A stretch of DNA of 53,456 nucleotides from Bacteroidota bacterium (GTDB lineage: Bacteria > Bacteroidota > Bacteroidia > B-17B0 > Aurantibacillaceae), in the NCBI GenBank assembly GCA_036845295.1, contig DAIUED010000001.1:1-53456 (forward strand), written 5' to 3'. The notes under the pieces were generated by a model, which saw only the letters and a list, made by a program, of their open reading frames with translations, was not told where the DNA came from and did no database searches. Every line of letters begins with the position of its first letter. Position 1 is the stretch's first letter. The translations under genes and the position numbers were made by a program. Positions 27,262-37,083 of the stretch are shown piece after piece.

Positions 27262-29655
27262 TTACTCTGTTCTTAATTGATTAATCGGATTAGACCGTGC
27301 GGCCCTGAGAGCTTGTGCGCCTACGGTGAGAAAGGCAATGAGCATCACCGATAGCATTGCGGCGCCAAACATCAGCGGATGCAGTGCTACGTGGTAGGGA
27401 TAATTTTCGAGCCAAGCAGTGGCCGCCAGCCAGGCCAATGGCAACGAAATGCAGGCAGCCAGCAGCACCAATGCCAGAAAGTCGAGCGAGATCTGACGCA
27501 CGATGCCCGCTACCGAGGCTCCAAACACTTTTCGGATACCGATTTCACGAGCACGCTTTTCCGCCGACAGCGAGGCGAGTGCCAGCAGGCCAATGCAGGA
27601 AATGAACACGGTGAGCATCGATGCAAACGTGATAATCTGCTTCCAGCGGGCTTCACTGCTGTAATGACCGGCGATGAGGTCGTCGAGAAAATCGTAGCGG
27701 AAAGGCTCTTCGGGATACAACTTCCTGAGAACGACACGGGCATGCTCTACCGCCGCCTGCCTCTCTCCTTCCTTTACCCTGAGGTGCACGTTCCGGTAAC
27801 GGAAATTCGGGTTCATACTGAACAATTGCGGGTTGACCTTTTCGAAAAGCGAAGAATAGTGGTAATCTTTGATGACGCCTATCACTGTAACTTTGCGGTT
27901 ATCGTAAAAAAAATCGACGGTTTGGCCGAGCGGATCTTTCCAGCCGGCAGCATTTACAAAACTCTCGTTCACGATCACCGAGTTAAGGCTGTCCGAAGGA
28001 AATTCAGTAGAAAAATTGCGGCCATTCAGCAGCGGGATCTTGAAAAAAGAAAAATAATCGGAGCTGATGTGCCGGATATCGAATTGCTGCTCGACACTGC
28101 CATTGATCCTGGCAATGGTTGTCCATTGTCCGCCAGCTTCGGCACTCGATTCGGTAATAGAGGGACTTTTCAAAAGCTCCTGCTTAAGCGTTGCCAGCTG
28201 AAGCGGGGTAATGCTCGCTGTTTTCAGTCGAAGCACCTGGTGGTGGTCATATCCCAGGTCAAAATCAAGAAGATAGTTGAACTGTGAATAGATAACGATG
28301 GTGGCCACGATCAGGAACGTGGTTAGCGAAAACTGAAAAACCATCAAGCCTTTCGAGAGGTAGTTTTTCCCTCCGAGACGGAATTTACCGTACAATACCT
28401 GCACGGGTCTGAATGCAGACAAGACCATCGCTGGATACAACCCGGCAAGGAAAGCCGTTACGAGGAATAGTGCGATATAGACCAAGATCAACTTGACATC
28501 GAGCAGGTAGGAAAAAGACAGTTGTTTATTCACTAAGGTGTTGAAGAGTGGCAACAGAAGGTTGGCAATACCGATTGCCAGAATAAATGCCAGAAAAGTA
28601 AGCATTGCCGACTCGCCCAAAAACTGGTATATCAGCGAGCGCCGTTGTCCGCCAATGGCCTTGCGAATGCCAATCTCTTTCGAACGTTTCAATGAACGGG
28701 CCACTGTCAGGTTCACAAAGTTAATGCAGGCAATAAGCAGGATCACGACCATGATGCTGAGGAGAATATAGGAATATACCGGGTTGCTGCCGGCAACCAC
28801 ACCATTCTCTGCCGGATAATCCGCATTGAGGTGGATGTCGGTAAAGGGTTGCAGGTGGTAGCTGATCTTCTCGTTAACCCCATATTCTTCCGACAAAGCC
28901 TTGATCTGGTCAGCTGCTTCATGCTGGTAAATCCGGTTCATGGCCGCATCTATCTTTTGAAGATCGGCGCCCTCCTTCAATGTAATAAAGGTATTGAGGT
29001 AAAAATTGGTCCATCCCATCTGCCTGCCCGACTGTTTGCTTTCCTGGAAAGCCATCGGCACAAGCATCTCTGGCCTCAACGACGAATTAAGAGGTGGGTT
29101 CCGGATAACGGCCGATACCGTGAATGGCTCCTGCTTGCCTTCGGTATTAAGCTGCAGAATGCTGCCAACAACATCCGTTCTTCCGAAATACTGCATGGCG
29201 AGTTTTTCCGAAAGAACCACCGAATGCGGGTCTTGTAAGGCTGTGCCCAGGTTGCCATACACCGCCGGAAAGGAAAACATGGAAAAGAAATCCGGGTCTG
29301 CAAATAACGCCTCCTGCTCAACGACCTCCGCGCCGTGCCGGATATAAAACGATGTTACTTCGATACGAACCGCTTGTTCCACTTCTGGTAGATTGACTTT
29401 AAGCCGCGGCCCCGGAGACATTCCGGTACTCGATTCTTTCGATACCTGCCCGTTAGGAGAACGCATTTCCGCAACGATCCGGTATATTTTATCTTTTTTG
29501 GGATGAAAGAGATCAAAGCTAATCTCGTCTTTCGCATACAGGAAAATGAGCATGCAGCAGCTGATGCCAATGCTCAGACCGAAAATATTGACGAACGAGA
29601 AAAATTTGTTTCTCCACATATTTCGGAGCGCTGTGATGATGTAATTCCTAAGCAT
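27262..29655 (-). CDS. Double-FtsX (MacB-type) ABC permease, paralogue 2 (797 aa)
   Basis: I trimmed the start to MLRNYIITALRNMWRNKFF by alignment with the paralogues. It has the same architecture and ends in LRTE. Confidence 0.85.
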   Translation of the reverse strand: MLRNYIITALRNMWRNKFFSFVNIFGLSIGISCCMLIFLYAKDEISFDLFHPKKDKIYRIVAEMRSPNGQVSKESSTGMSPGPRLKVNLPEVEQAVRIEVTSFYIRHGAEVVEQEALFADPDFFSMFSFPAVYGNLGTALQDPHSVVLSEKLAMQYFGRTDVVGSILQLNTEGKQEPFTVSAVIRNPPLNSSLRPEMLVPMAFQESKQSGRQMGWTNFYLNTFITLKEGADLQKIDAAMNRIYQHEAADQIKALSEEYGVNEKISYHLQPFTDIHLNADYPAENGVVAGSNPVYSYILLSIMVVILLIACINFVNLTVARSLKRSKEIGIRKAIGGQRRSLIYQFLGESAMLTFLAFILAIGIANLLLPLFNTLVNKQLSFSYLLDVKLILVYIALFLVTAFLAGLYPAMVLSAFRPVQVLYGKFRLGGKNYLSKGLMVFQFSLTTFLIVATIVIYSQFNYLLDFDLGYDHHQVLRLKTASITPLQLATLKQELLKSPSITESSAEAGGQWTTIARINGSVEQQFDIRHISSDYFSFFKIPLLNGRNFSTEFPSDSLNSVIVNESFVNAAGWKDPLGQTVDFFYDNRKVTVIGVIKDYHYSSLFEKVNPQLFSMNPNFRYRNVHLRVKEGERQAAVEHARVVLRKLYPEEPFRYDFLDDLIAGHYSSEARWKQIITFASMLTVFISCIGLLALASLSAEKRAREIGIRKVFGASVAGIVRQISLDFLALVLLAACISLPLAWLAATAWLENYPYHVALHPLMFGAAMLSVMLIAFLTVGAQALRAARSNPINQLRTE

Positions 29656-29713
29656 GGTGATAAGGCGTGATGTGGTTCTTAATTGAATTTTTTTCTTCCC
29701 GGCCACGAACGGC

Positions 29714-32134
29714 CTACTCGGTTCTCAGACTTTTAACCGGCTTTGTCATTGCCGCTCTAAGGGTGTGAAAACTTACGGTGAATACAGCGATGGCAATAGC
29801 TGCCAAACCAACTACAGCAAAGAGCATCCAACTGATTTCTGTTCTATATGGAAAGTTCGCCAACCATTGCGTCATCATCCACCAGGCCAGGGGTGTTGAG
29901 ATCATAACAGACAAGATGACCAGTTTCAGGAAATCGCGGGTAAGAAACAGGTTGATATTCATCACCGATGCGCCGAGCACTTTTCGGACACCAATCTCCT
30001 TGGTGCGCTGACGGGTGAGCAAGAGCGCAAGGGCGAAGAGTCCGAGGCAAGACAGGATAATGGCGACAAGGGCGGAAATACCAAGAAGCACCGACAAGCG
30101 TTTTTCTTTCTGATACCAGCGATCGGTATTCTCACCAACCAGTGAAGCCCGGAACGTGGACTGTGGCGCGAGTTCTTTGAACAAGACCTCTAATTGCTTC
30201 ATAAATGCCACTGGATTACCATTTCCTGTTTTGATAAAAACATAGCGAATCTCACGCTGCGAAGACATATTCAGGGTAAGGGGCTCGATTGTTTCGTGAA
30301 GGGAATAGAGATGAAAATCAGGAATGATGCCGACAATCTCGTAGGGCGGCGCATTTTCATCGGGCGAAAACTGTAAACCAATAGGCTCTTTCACGCCAAA
30401 CTGCCTGGCCATGCTTTCTGTAACCACCACACTCTGTGCCGCATCACTCCCGAACTCGCGGTTGAAGTCTCTTCCTGATTTCAATTCGATACCGAGGGTT
30501 TTTAGAAAATCGTAATCAACGGTCATCAGGTTGGTATTGATCACTTTATCACCATGTGTAAATCCCTGGCTCGAGCGTGAGGCACCGCCGTCTTTCCCGA
30601 TACCGAGGTTGACATCGGAACCACTGATGCTAATAACGTTGCTGTTTGAGGCCAGGCGCTGACGCAGCTGCGCCAGCAACTCGCGGCCTTTATGACCAGG
30701 TACCGGCAAACTGATCACAGATTCTTTAGTATAACCCAACGGACTGTTTCGGATAAACTCAAATTGCTTGTACGCGATCAGGGTGCACGACATCAGGATA
30801 GCCGCAGCAGTGAACTGAAGAACCACCAGCGAGTTACGGAACATCCCTGGTTTCTTAATAGAGGCATCCCCTTTCAAAACGCCTGAGATCGGAAAGCGGG
30901 TTATCATGAGTGCCGGATAACCTCCCGATAGGAAAGAAATAAACAGCACGCTAAGGATCAGCACAACGATGGTAGATGGTTTATAGAAAAATGGCAACGA
31001 CAAACTGGCCCCGAACAACTGGTTGAAATAGGGGAATACGAACATAGCGGCGATGAGACCGATGATCAGCGCAACAAGGCATACCATCAGGCTCTCGGTC
31101 CATAGTTGCAGGAATACCTGCCTCCGACCGGCACCGAGGCAGGCACGTACGCCCATCTCGCGGGTACGTGTAAATGCGCGCGCTACATTGAGGTTCACAA
31201 AATTGAAACTGGCAATGGCAAGGATAAAAAAGCTGATGAGGATGATGGTGTAAATATAGGAGCGGCTACTACCAGCGTTGGAGCCTCCTACTTCACGATC
31301 AAAGTGCAGATCGGTTACCGGCAGTAGCTTGATTGAGGTGTAATTTCCGTACGCATCTTTATGGTAGCCTTTGGTACGCATGAACGCGGTGTCGGCGGTA
31401 TTGTATTTCTTAAAGTTATACGCCAGTTGTTTTTCCACGTCTGCCGCCGTTGCGCCATTACGCAATTTAACGTAAACATCGTGGTGCTGAGTGCCCCAGG
31501 CGTCTTTATCCTGTGCAAAATCGCTCCGCAATTCTGTGCGGGCAAGCACGTCGTAGTTAACCGACGAGTTGTCTGCGAAATCGGCAATCACGGCACTTAC
31601 CACCAGCTCCCGGGGTTCTCCTACTACTTTGATCTCTACTTTTTTACCTATCGGATCTTCTTTACCAAAAAGGCGTTTTGCCGCATATTTGGTCAGTACA
31701 ACACTTCCAAGCTCCTTTAGCGGACTAGCGGCATTCCCGCTCTGCACCGGTATGGAAAAGATCTGGAAGAAATCCGGGTCCACCAGGTTTACCTGCAAAT
31801 CTATTTTTTTATCGAGGTATTCCACTTGTCCTTCGTTCCACATGAAGCGCGAAGTATATTCAACCAAAGGCGATTCTTTCTTTACAGCAGGCGCCACGGG
31901 GTATCCCATGCTCTGCCCTTTCACTTCCCCTTCCGGACCTTGAAGCGAATTGTACAACTTAAAAATGCGATCCTTATCCGGATATTCCTGATCGTAGGAT
32001 AACTCGTACCAGGCATTCAGGAAGAGTAGCGTACTGCACAAAAAGGCCACAGCAATCCCGAAGATATTGATAAACGCATCGGTGCGGTGTTTTTTAAGAT
32101 TGCGAAAGGCAATCAGGAGATAATTTTTAAACAT
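29714..32134 (-). CDS. Double-FtsX (MacB-type) ABC permease, paralogue 3 (806 aa)
   Basis: The N-terminus is MFKNYLLIAFRNLKKHR. It has the same architecture and ends in LRTE. Confidence 0.85.
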   Translation of the reverse strand: MFKNYLLIAFRNLKKHRTDAFINIFGIAVAFLCSTLLFLNAWYELSYDQEYPDKDRIFKLYNSLQGPEGEVKGQSMGYPVAPAVKKESPLVEYTSRFMWNEGQVEYLDKKIDLQVNLVDPDFFQIFSIPVQSGNAASPLKELGSVVLTKYAAKRLFGKEDPIGKKVEIKVVGEPRELVVSAVIADFADNSSVNYDVLARTELRSDFAQDKDAWGTQHHDVYVKLRNGATAADVEKQLAYNFKKYNTADTAFMRTKGYHKDAYGNYTSIKLLPVTDLHFDREVGGSNAGSSRSYIYTIILISFFILAIASFNFVNLNVARAFTRTREMGVRACLGAGRRQVFLQLWTESLMVCLVALIIGLIAAMFVFPYFNQLFGASLSLPFFYKPSTIVVLILSVLFISFLSGGYPALMITRFPISGVLKGDASIKKPGMFRNSLVVLQFTAAAILMSCTLIAYKQFEFIRNSPLGYTKESVISLPVPGHKGRELLAQLRQRLASNSNVISISGSDVNLGIGKDGGASRSSQGFTHGDKVINTNLMTVDYDFLKTLGIELKSGRDFNREFGSDAAQSVVVTESMARQFGVKEPIGLQFSPDENAPPYEIVGIIPDFHLYSLHETIEPLTLNMSSQREIRYVFIKTGNGNPVAFMKQLEVLFKELAPQSTFRASLVGENTDRWYQKEKRLSVLLGISALVAIILSCLGLFALALLLTRQRTKEIGVRKVLGASVMNINLFLTRDFLKLVILSVMISTPLAWWMMTQWLANFPYRTEISWMLFAVVGLAAIAIAVFTVSFHTLRAAMTKPVKSLRTE

Positions 32135-32137
32135 GTG

Positions 32138-34531
32138 TTATTCTGTTCTTAAGTGTTTAACGGGATTGGAAATCGAGACTTTGTAAGTTTGCAAAAATAC
32201 CAGCGACACCACGAGCAGCATCAGGATGCTGATAGCCAACAGGAAAGGCCATACGGTTAACTCTACGCGCATAGAATAGTTGTAGAGCCAACGTTGAATG
32301 AGATAGTAAGCCGGAGGACAGGCCAGCAGCGCTGCAACAAGGCCGGTGATGAGGAATTCGGAAACAAAGAGTTTGCCAATGGAAATCGGGGTGGAACCAA
32401 GCACTTTACGCACACTGATCTCTTTGGCGCGTTTGCGGATACTGATAGAAATGAGTCCGATCATGCCCAACAAAACCACCACAATAGCCAGCCCTGCCGC
32501 TGCATAAGCCGCTTTCCGTAGCCTTAGCTCCGAACGATAGAGCTGCGCCAACGCGTCGTCCATAAACCGAAGCTCGAAGGGCTCGCCTGGAAACAATTCA
32601 TGCCACTTGGCGGCGAGGGCTTTGGTACTCTCTTCGATGCGACCTTCCTGTAATCTGAAAGAGAGGTAACGGAAACGCGGAGCCACACCAAGGCTTACAA
32701 AACACAGGGGCCGTATCGTTTCTTTCATCGAAGTAAAATGAAAATCGTTTAACACACCGCGCACCACATAACTTTCTCCGGGCGAGGTCCTCAATTCCTT
32801 TCCTATCGCTACTGCCGGATCGCTCCACCCATAAGCCCTGGCGGCACTTTCGTTGATCACGACACCTGCGCTATCTTTTGTATCCAGTAAAAAGCGACCA
32901 GCTGCCAGCGTCAACCCATAGGTGTCGGCGTACCGGCCGTCGGCTTCAATAGCCGCCATAAGCACCGGTTCAGCTTTTCCAGTTACACTCAACTGTATGC
33001 TACCTCCGGTCTTTCCGTCGGGGATAGCATAGGAAATGCTTGCATCAGACACTTGCGGTAATTTCCGGAGCTCGTCGCGCGCCACTTTCAGTTTTGCTAC
33101 ACCTTCCGTCGTCCAGTCTCGAGGTGTAGCAACCGACACCATCAAGTCTTTCCGGTAACCCAATCCCTCGCCAAAGAACAAAGCAACCTGCTGCGATACC
33201 ACATACACGGAAGCCAATGCACAGGTGGCCACCGAAAACTGAAAACCCACGAGGATTTTACGAAGCCAGATATGCTTTGCAACGCTGTTCAATCTTCCTT
33301 TCAGCGAGTCGATGGTTTTATAAGATGATAAAGCGAGGGCAGGAAAAAGTCCGGCGATCAGGCCAACACAAATCGCGGCAAAGGCCAAGATACCATATAC
33401 CACCAACGGAAACTGGTGAAGGCTATACAGGTTTTTGCCAAACAACCCGGAGAATGCTGTACGAGTAAATTGATACACGAGCAAGGCCAGAACGGAAGAG
33501 ATGATCACCAGGACAACCGATTCGGAAAGAAATTGAATAAGCAGTTGCTTTCGGTAACCTCCCAGCACTTTCCTTATCCCGATCTCACGAATGCGACGCG
33601 TGGAGCTACTGATGCTGATGTTAATAAAGTTGAACACAACCATTGCAAGAATAAAGAGAGAGATCGCGAGCAATGTTTGCAGAAGATTTCGCACCGCAGA
33701 ACCACCGCTGTCGAGATAATAGGTGTTCAATGGCAGGATCTGAACCCTGAGATTAGCCGAGATATCAGGGTGTGCATGCCTGGCAATAAGCATGCTGGCT
33801 GCCTGCCGCACCTGTTGTGGTGACACACCTGCTTTAAGGGTAATATAGCTTGGGATCACGGTATTGCTCCAATCGTTCAACGGCGCACGCCCGAAAAAAG
33901 AAATAGCATCCGGCGATAAATAGATTTGAGCCTGGCCCTCGCCGCTAAGCCCGGTCACGGAGTTATAGGGCATCGGTTGCATCACCGCAGTTACTTTAAA
34001 GTCCTTTCTTTCATGCGCAAAATTACTAAACGTCAGTATTTGCCCCAGTGCACGGCCGTTCCCGAAATAGCGGGTAGCTGCTTCAGCGGTCAGCACAACC
34101 GAAAAAGGTTCCGAAAAAGCGGAGGTCACCAGGCCTTCCCGCAGCTTGAACCCAAACATATCCAGGAAACTGGTATCGCCTATTTGTACCTCTTCGCGGA
34201 AGTGTTTATCACCATACGATACCGTAGCACTGATGCCATCCCAGCGGTAGTACTGCTCAATGAGTTGGGGATGTTCACGTTTCATCGTTTCCGCCAGCGG
34301 AGCCAGGGTGGTGAGCTCCGGTCCCATATCTGCTTCCTTCCATTGGCTCTGGATAATATATTGCCGGTCGATGTTGCGCAGGCAGCTATTGACCTGATAT
34401 TCGCCATAAATGTACGACCCTATCACAAAGGTGAAAGTAAGTCCGAGCGCAAAACCGACCAGGTTTATGGCGCTGATTCCTTTGTGTTTCAACAGGTTTC
34501 GCCAGGCTATTTTCAGGTAGTGATCCAGCAT
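32138..34531 (-). CDS. Double-FtsX (MacB-type) ABC permease, paralogue 4 (797 aa)
   Basis: I trimmed the start to MLDHYLKIAWRNLLKHKG by alignment with the paralogues, which removes the overlap with the ATPase gene. It ends in LRTE. Confidence 0.85.
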   Translation of the reverse strand: MLDHYLKIAWRNLLKHKGISAINLVGFALGLTFTFVIGSYIYGEYQVNSCLRNIDRQYIIQSQWKEADMGPELTTLAPLAETMKREHPQLIEQYYRWDGISATVSYGDKHFREEVQIGDTSFLDMFGFKLREGLVTSAFSEPFSVVLTAEAATRYFGNGRALGQILTFSNFAHERKDFKVTAVMQPMPYNSVTGLSGEGQAQIYLSPDAISFFGRAPLNDWSNTVIPSYITLKAGVSPQQVRQAASMLIARHAHPDISANLRVQILPLNTYYLDSGGSAVRNLLQTLLAISLFILAMVVFNFINISISSSTRRIREIGIRKVLGGYRKQLLIQFLSESVVLVIISSVLALLVYQFTRTAFSGLFGKNLYSLHQFPLVVYGILAFAAICVGLIAGLFPALALSSYKTIDSLKGRLNSVAKHIWLRKILVGFQFSVATCALASVYVVSQQVALFFGEGLGYRKDLMVSVATPRDWTTEGVAKLKVARDELRKLPQVSDASISYAIPDGKTGGSIQLSVTGKAEPVLMAAIEADGRYADTYGLTLAAGRFLLDTKDSAGVVINESAARAYGWSDPAVAIGKELRTSPGESYVVRGVLNDFHFTSMKETIRPLCFVSLGVAPRFRYLSFRLQEGRIEESTKALAAKWHELFPGEPFELRFMDDALAQLYRSELRLRKAAYAAAGLAIVVVLLGMIGLISISIRKRAKEISVRKVLGSTPISIGKLFVSEFLITGLVAALLACPPAYYLIQRWLYNYSMRVELTVWPFLLAISILMLLVVSLVFLQTYKVSISNPVKHLRTE

Positions 34532-34532
34532 G

Positions 34533-35210
34533 TCAGGCTTTGAGGTTTTGTGTAATGATCTGCCCATCAAGCATGTTGATGACGCGATGTGTGTAGCGCG
34601 CATCGTGCTCGGAGTGGGTTACCATGATAATGGTTGTGCCTTTTTCGTTCAAGTCGGTCAGTAATTGCATCACGTCGTTACCATTCCTGGAATCGAGGTT
34701 ACCGGTAGGCTCATCGGCCAGGATGAGCTTTGGGTTATTCACAACCGCCCGGGCTACTGCCACACGCTGCTGTTGCCCGCCCGAAAGCTGCTGCGGGAAA
34801 TGGTTTCGCCGGTGCGCAATCTGGATCTTTTCGAGCACCTCATCAACGATTTTTTTCCGTGCGGCGGCGCTCACTCCCGTATAAATGAGCGGAAGCTCCA
34901 CGTTTTCAAATACGGTGAGTTCATCGATCAGGTTGAAGCTCTGAAACACAAAACCGATATGTTGCTTGCGGAGTTCAGCCCGTTTGCGTTCGTTGAAGCC
35001 AGCCACTTCGATGCCGTTAAACAGATAGCTGCCCTTATCCACGTCATCGAGCAAGCCAATGATATTCAAAAGCGTGGATTTTCCGCAACCCGACGGTCCC
35101 ATCATGGCAACGAATTCGCCCTCTTTGATATCGAACGACACGGCATTAAGCGCCACTGTCTCGATCTCCTCGGTGCGGTAAATTTTTTCTAGTTGTTGTA
35201 CCTGTATCAT
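34533..35210 (-). CDS. ABC transporter ATP-binding protein (MacB/LolD-type), copy 2
   Basis: I trimmed the start to MIQVQQLEKIY by alignment with copy 1. It has Walker A GPSGCGKST, LSGGQQQ, LILADEPT and VTHS. Confidence 0.9.
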   Translation of the reverse strand: MIQVQQLEKIYRTEEIETVALNAVSFDIKEGEFVAMMGPSGCGKSTLLNIIGLLDDVDKGSYLFNGIEVAGFNERKRAELRKQHIGFVFQSFNLIDELTVFENVELPLIYTGVSAAARKKIVDEVLEKIQIAHRRNHFPQQLSGGQQQRVAVARAVVNNPKLILADEPTGNLDSRNGNDVMQLLTDLNEKGTTIIMVTHSEHDARYTHRVINMLDGQIITQNLKA

Positions 35211-35220
35211 GATCCGGTTT

Positions 35221-35670
35221 TTAATTACTGCTTGAGGTGCTGATGGACGTGGATGAAGAACTGTGATTGCGGGCATGTGCAATACTCTGACCTTTGGTGA
35301 TGTGGTACTTGGTCCTGAATTTCTCCAGCACCGATTCGCTCTGGCGTTGGTTGTTCACAATCAGTTTATCCACCGTCAGCGAAAATGCCAGCTCTTTCTT
35401 ATCATGAACGATCTTCATGGCATACAAGTCGTTCACGATGTTTTGGATGAGGGCATCCTGGCTTTCTTCCCGCTCCAGAGGTTTAACGATGCTTTCCTGC
35501 ATGGCGTTGATGTCACGTTGATTTTGGTTCAGCACTTTCTGCATCGCGTTGATATCGCGCTGCTTCCTGTTAAGCTCTTCCTGGAGGCGATTGATGGAGT
35601 CCTGTGTGATTTGTGCTGTAGCCGCGCAGGCAATCATAAAGGTTGAGAGCAAGATGGTGATTCGTTTCAT
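35221..35670 (-). CDS. Secreted coiled-coil protein with internal QRDINAMQ repeat and Ser-rich tail, function unknown
   Basis: It has the signal peptide MKRITILLSTFMIACAATAQ, a heptad-like region with QRDINAMQ twice at a 14-aa period, and ends in SSSSTSISTSSSN. It is embedded in the efflux operon. Confidence 0.6.
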   Translation of the reverse strand: MKRITILLSTFMIACAATAQITQDSINRLQEELNRKQRDINAMQKVLNQNQRDINAMQESIVKPLEREESQDALIQNIVNDLYAMKIVHDKKELAFSLTVDKLIVNNQRQSESVLEKFRTKYHITKGQSIAHARNHSSSSTSISTSSSN

Positions 35671-35681
35671 GGTATGGTTGT

Positions 35682-36941
35682 TTATGGTTTTTCTTTTAAT
35701 ATTAATTCCTGTGTATTCATGTAGGCATCGTAACCTGATGTGATGATCCTGTCGCCCGGCTTCAAGCCGCTGAGCACTTCGTAGTAGTCCGGGTTTTGTC
35801 GCCCGAGCTGCACATCGACGCGATAGGCCGCTGTACCATCTTCGTTGAGTTTGAATACCCAGTTACCGCCGGTTTGCTGGTAAAAGCCTCCGCGAGACAG
35901 CAGAAGTGCCTGGCTTTCGTCGCTGAGTGTAAGCCTTATCTGCAAGCTCTGGCCGCGGCGAATGTCTTTTGGTAAGGCACTTTCAAAGGTCATATCAACC
36001 TGGAACTTTCCATTCTTCACCTGCGAATATACTTTATGGATGCGTAAACGGTACTCCTTCCCAGCCAATCCGAACTCGCCCGTGAGACCAGGATAGATCC
36101 GCGCGATGTAATGCTCATCGATCTCGACCCTTACCTTAAAACCGGTGATCACATCGATCTGGCCAAGGCGTTCGCCTTTGTTCTTATTCTGCCCCGGCTC
36201 GGCCGCCAGTGAAGTCAGCTGCCCGTCCACCGGAGCCCTCACCACAAGGTCTTCTACTTTCCGGCGCATGATCTTCAGGGCTTCCTGCGTGCGCTTAAAC
36301 GACTCTTTTGCCTGTGCCAGCTCTTCCTTTCCCGAAAGCGAATCTTGTTTGAGGATTTGTTCGGTGAGTTTCTTTTTCTGAAGCGCGTAGTTGTAATTGT
36401 TTTCGGATTGCCTGAACTCCTGCAATGAAATGGCTTGCGAACCGTATAGTTGTTTGTTAAGGTCGTACACACGCTTCGCTTCGCGGTACAGGTTCTCCAC
36501 ATCGGTACCCTGGTTCAGTTTCATGATGGTATTCTGTGTAGCAGCATTTCCCGAGATCCGCATTTGCGTGAGCAGATTAAAGACAGATGTTTCCTGATTA
36601 GCAAGACTAAGCTCCAGATCGGTATTGGAAAGCCTGAGGATAGGATCACCTTTCTTCATCATAGCCCCGTCTTCAGCGAAAATTTCTTCTACCCGGCCAC
36701 CTTCCACAGCATCGAGGTAAATAGTAGAGATTGGCATTACAATGCCGTTCACAGGAATGTATTCCCGAAAAGCGCCTTTTTTTACTTCGCTGATGGTAAT
36801 ACGCTCGGTATTAACGTTGAGGCGACTTCCACCGCTTGCGTAATAGATGCTACCTCCTATCAGGAAGGCCACAACCAGGATTACACCGATCGTGATCACT
36901 TTTTTTGTCGTCCACTTTTTTTTGGGTATTGCCCTGTCCAT
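35682..36941 (-). CDS. HlyD/MacA-type periplasmic adaptor (membrane fusion) protein
   Basis: It has an N-terminal TM anchor and lipoyl/barrel-sandwich motifs flanking a long coiled-coil hairpin. It is the first gene of the efflux operon. Confidence 0.85.
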   Translation of the reverse strand: MDRAIPKKKWTTKKVITIGVILVVAFLIGGSIYYASGGSRLNVNTERITISEVKKGAFREYIPVNGIVMPISTIYLDAVEGGRVEEIFAEDGAMMKKGDPILRLSNTDLELSLANQETSVFNLLTQMRISGNAATQNTIMKLNQGTDVENLYREAKRVYDLNKQLYGSQAISLQEFRQSENNYNYALQKKKLTEQILKQDSLSGKEELAQAKESFKRTQEALKIMRRKVEDLVVRAPVDGQLTSLAAEPGQNKNKGERLGQIDVITGFKVRVEIDEHYIARIYPGLTGEFGLAGKEYRLRIHKVYSQVKNGKFQVDMTFESALPKDIRRGQSLQIRLTLSDESQALLLSRGGFYQQTGGNWVFKLNEDGTAAYRVDVQLGRQNPDYYEVLSGLKPGDRIITSGYDAYMNTQELILKEKP

Positions 36942-37065
36942 ATCCTATGCTCGTGTTGATGATGTATTCATTCGGGGGGAGATGCAGAACTATGTTGTCT
37001 TCGTTGCTCGTAAAAAAACTATCTGTTTCAGCATCTCTCCCTGATATGAATTGATGCATACCAGA

Positions 37066-37083
37066 ACATAAACTCCGTGCCAA
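37066..37083 (-). promoter_or_regulatory. Weak candidate sigma-54 promoter (-24 TGGCACG perfect, -12 degenerate)
   Basis: The minus strand reads TGGCACGGAGTTTATG about 125 nt upstream of the hlyD-like start, next to a divergent sigma-54 activator gene. The -12 element is TTAT instead of TTGC, so support is poor. Confidence 0.25.

Noticed and set aside
27379-28287. A 302-aa plus-strand ORF lies antisense to permease paralogue 2. Similar antisense ORFs occur at 33926-34543, 25255-25851, 44320-45111 and 14976-15665.
   Set aside because: Each lies entirely inside a well-supported gene on the other strand that has clear family motifs. The antisense translations are Arg/His/Phe-rich with no motifs.
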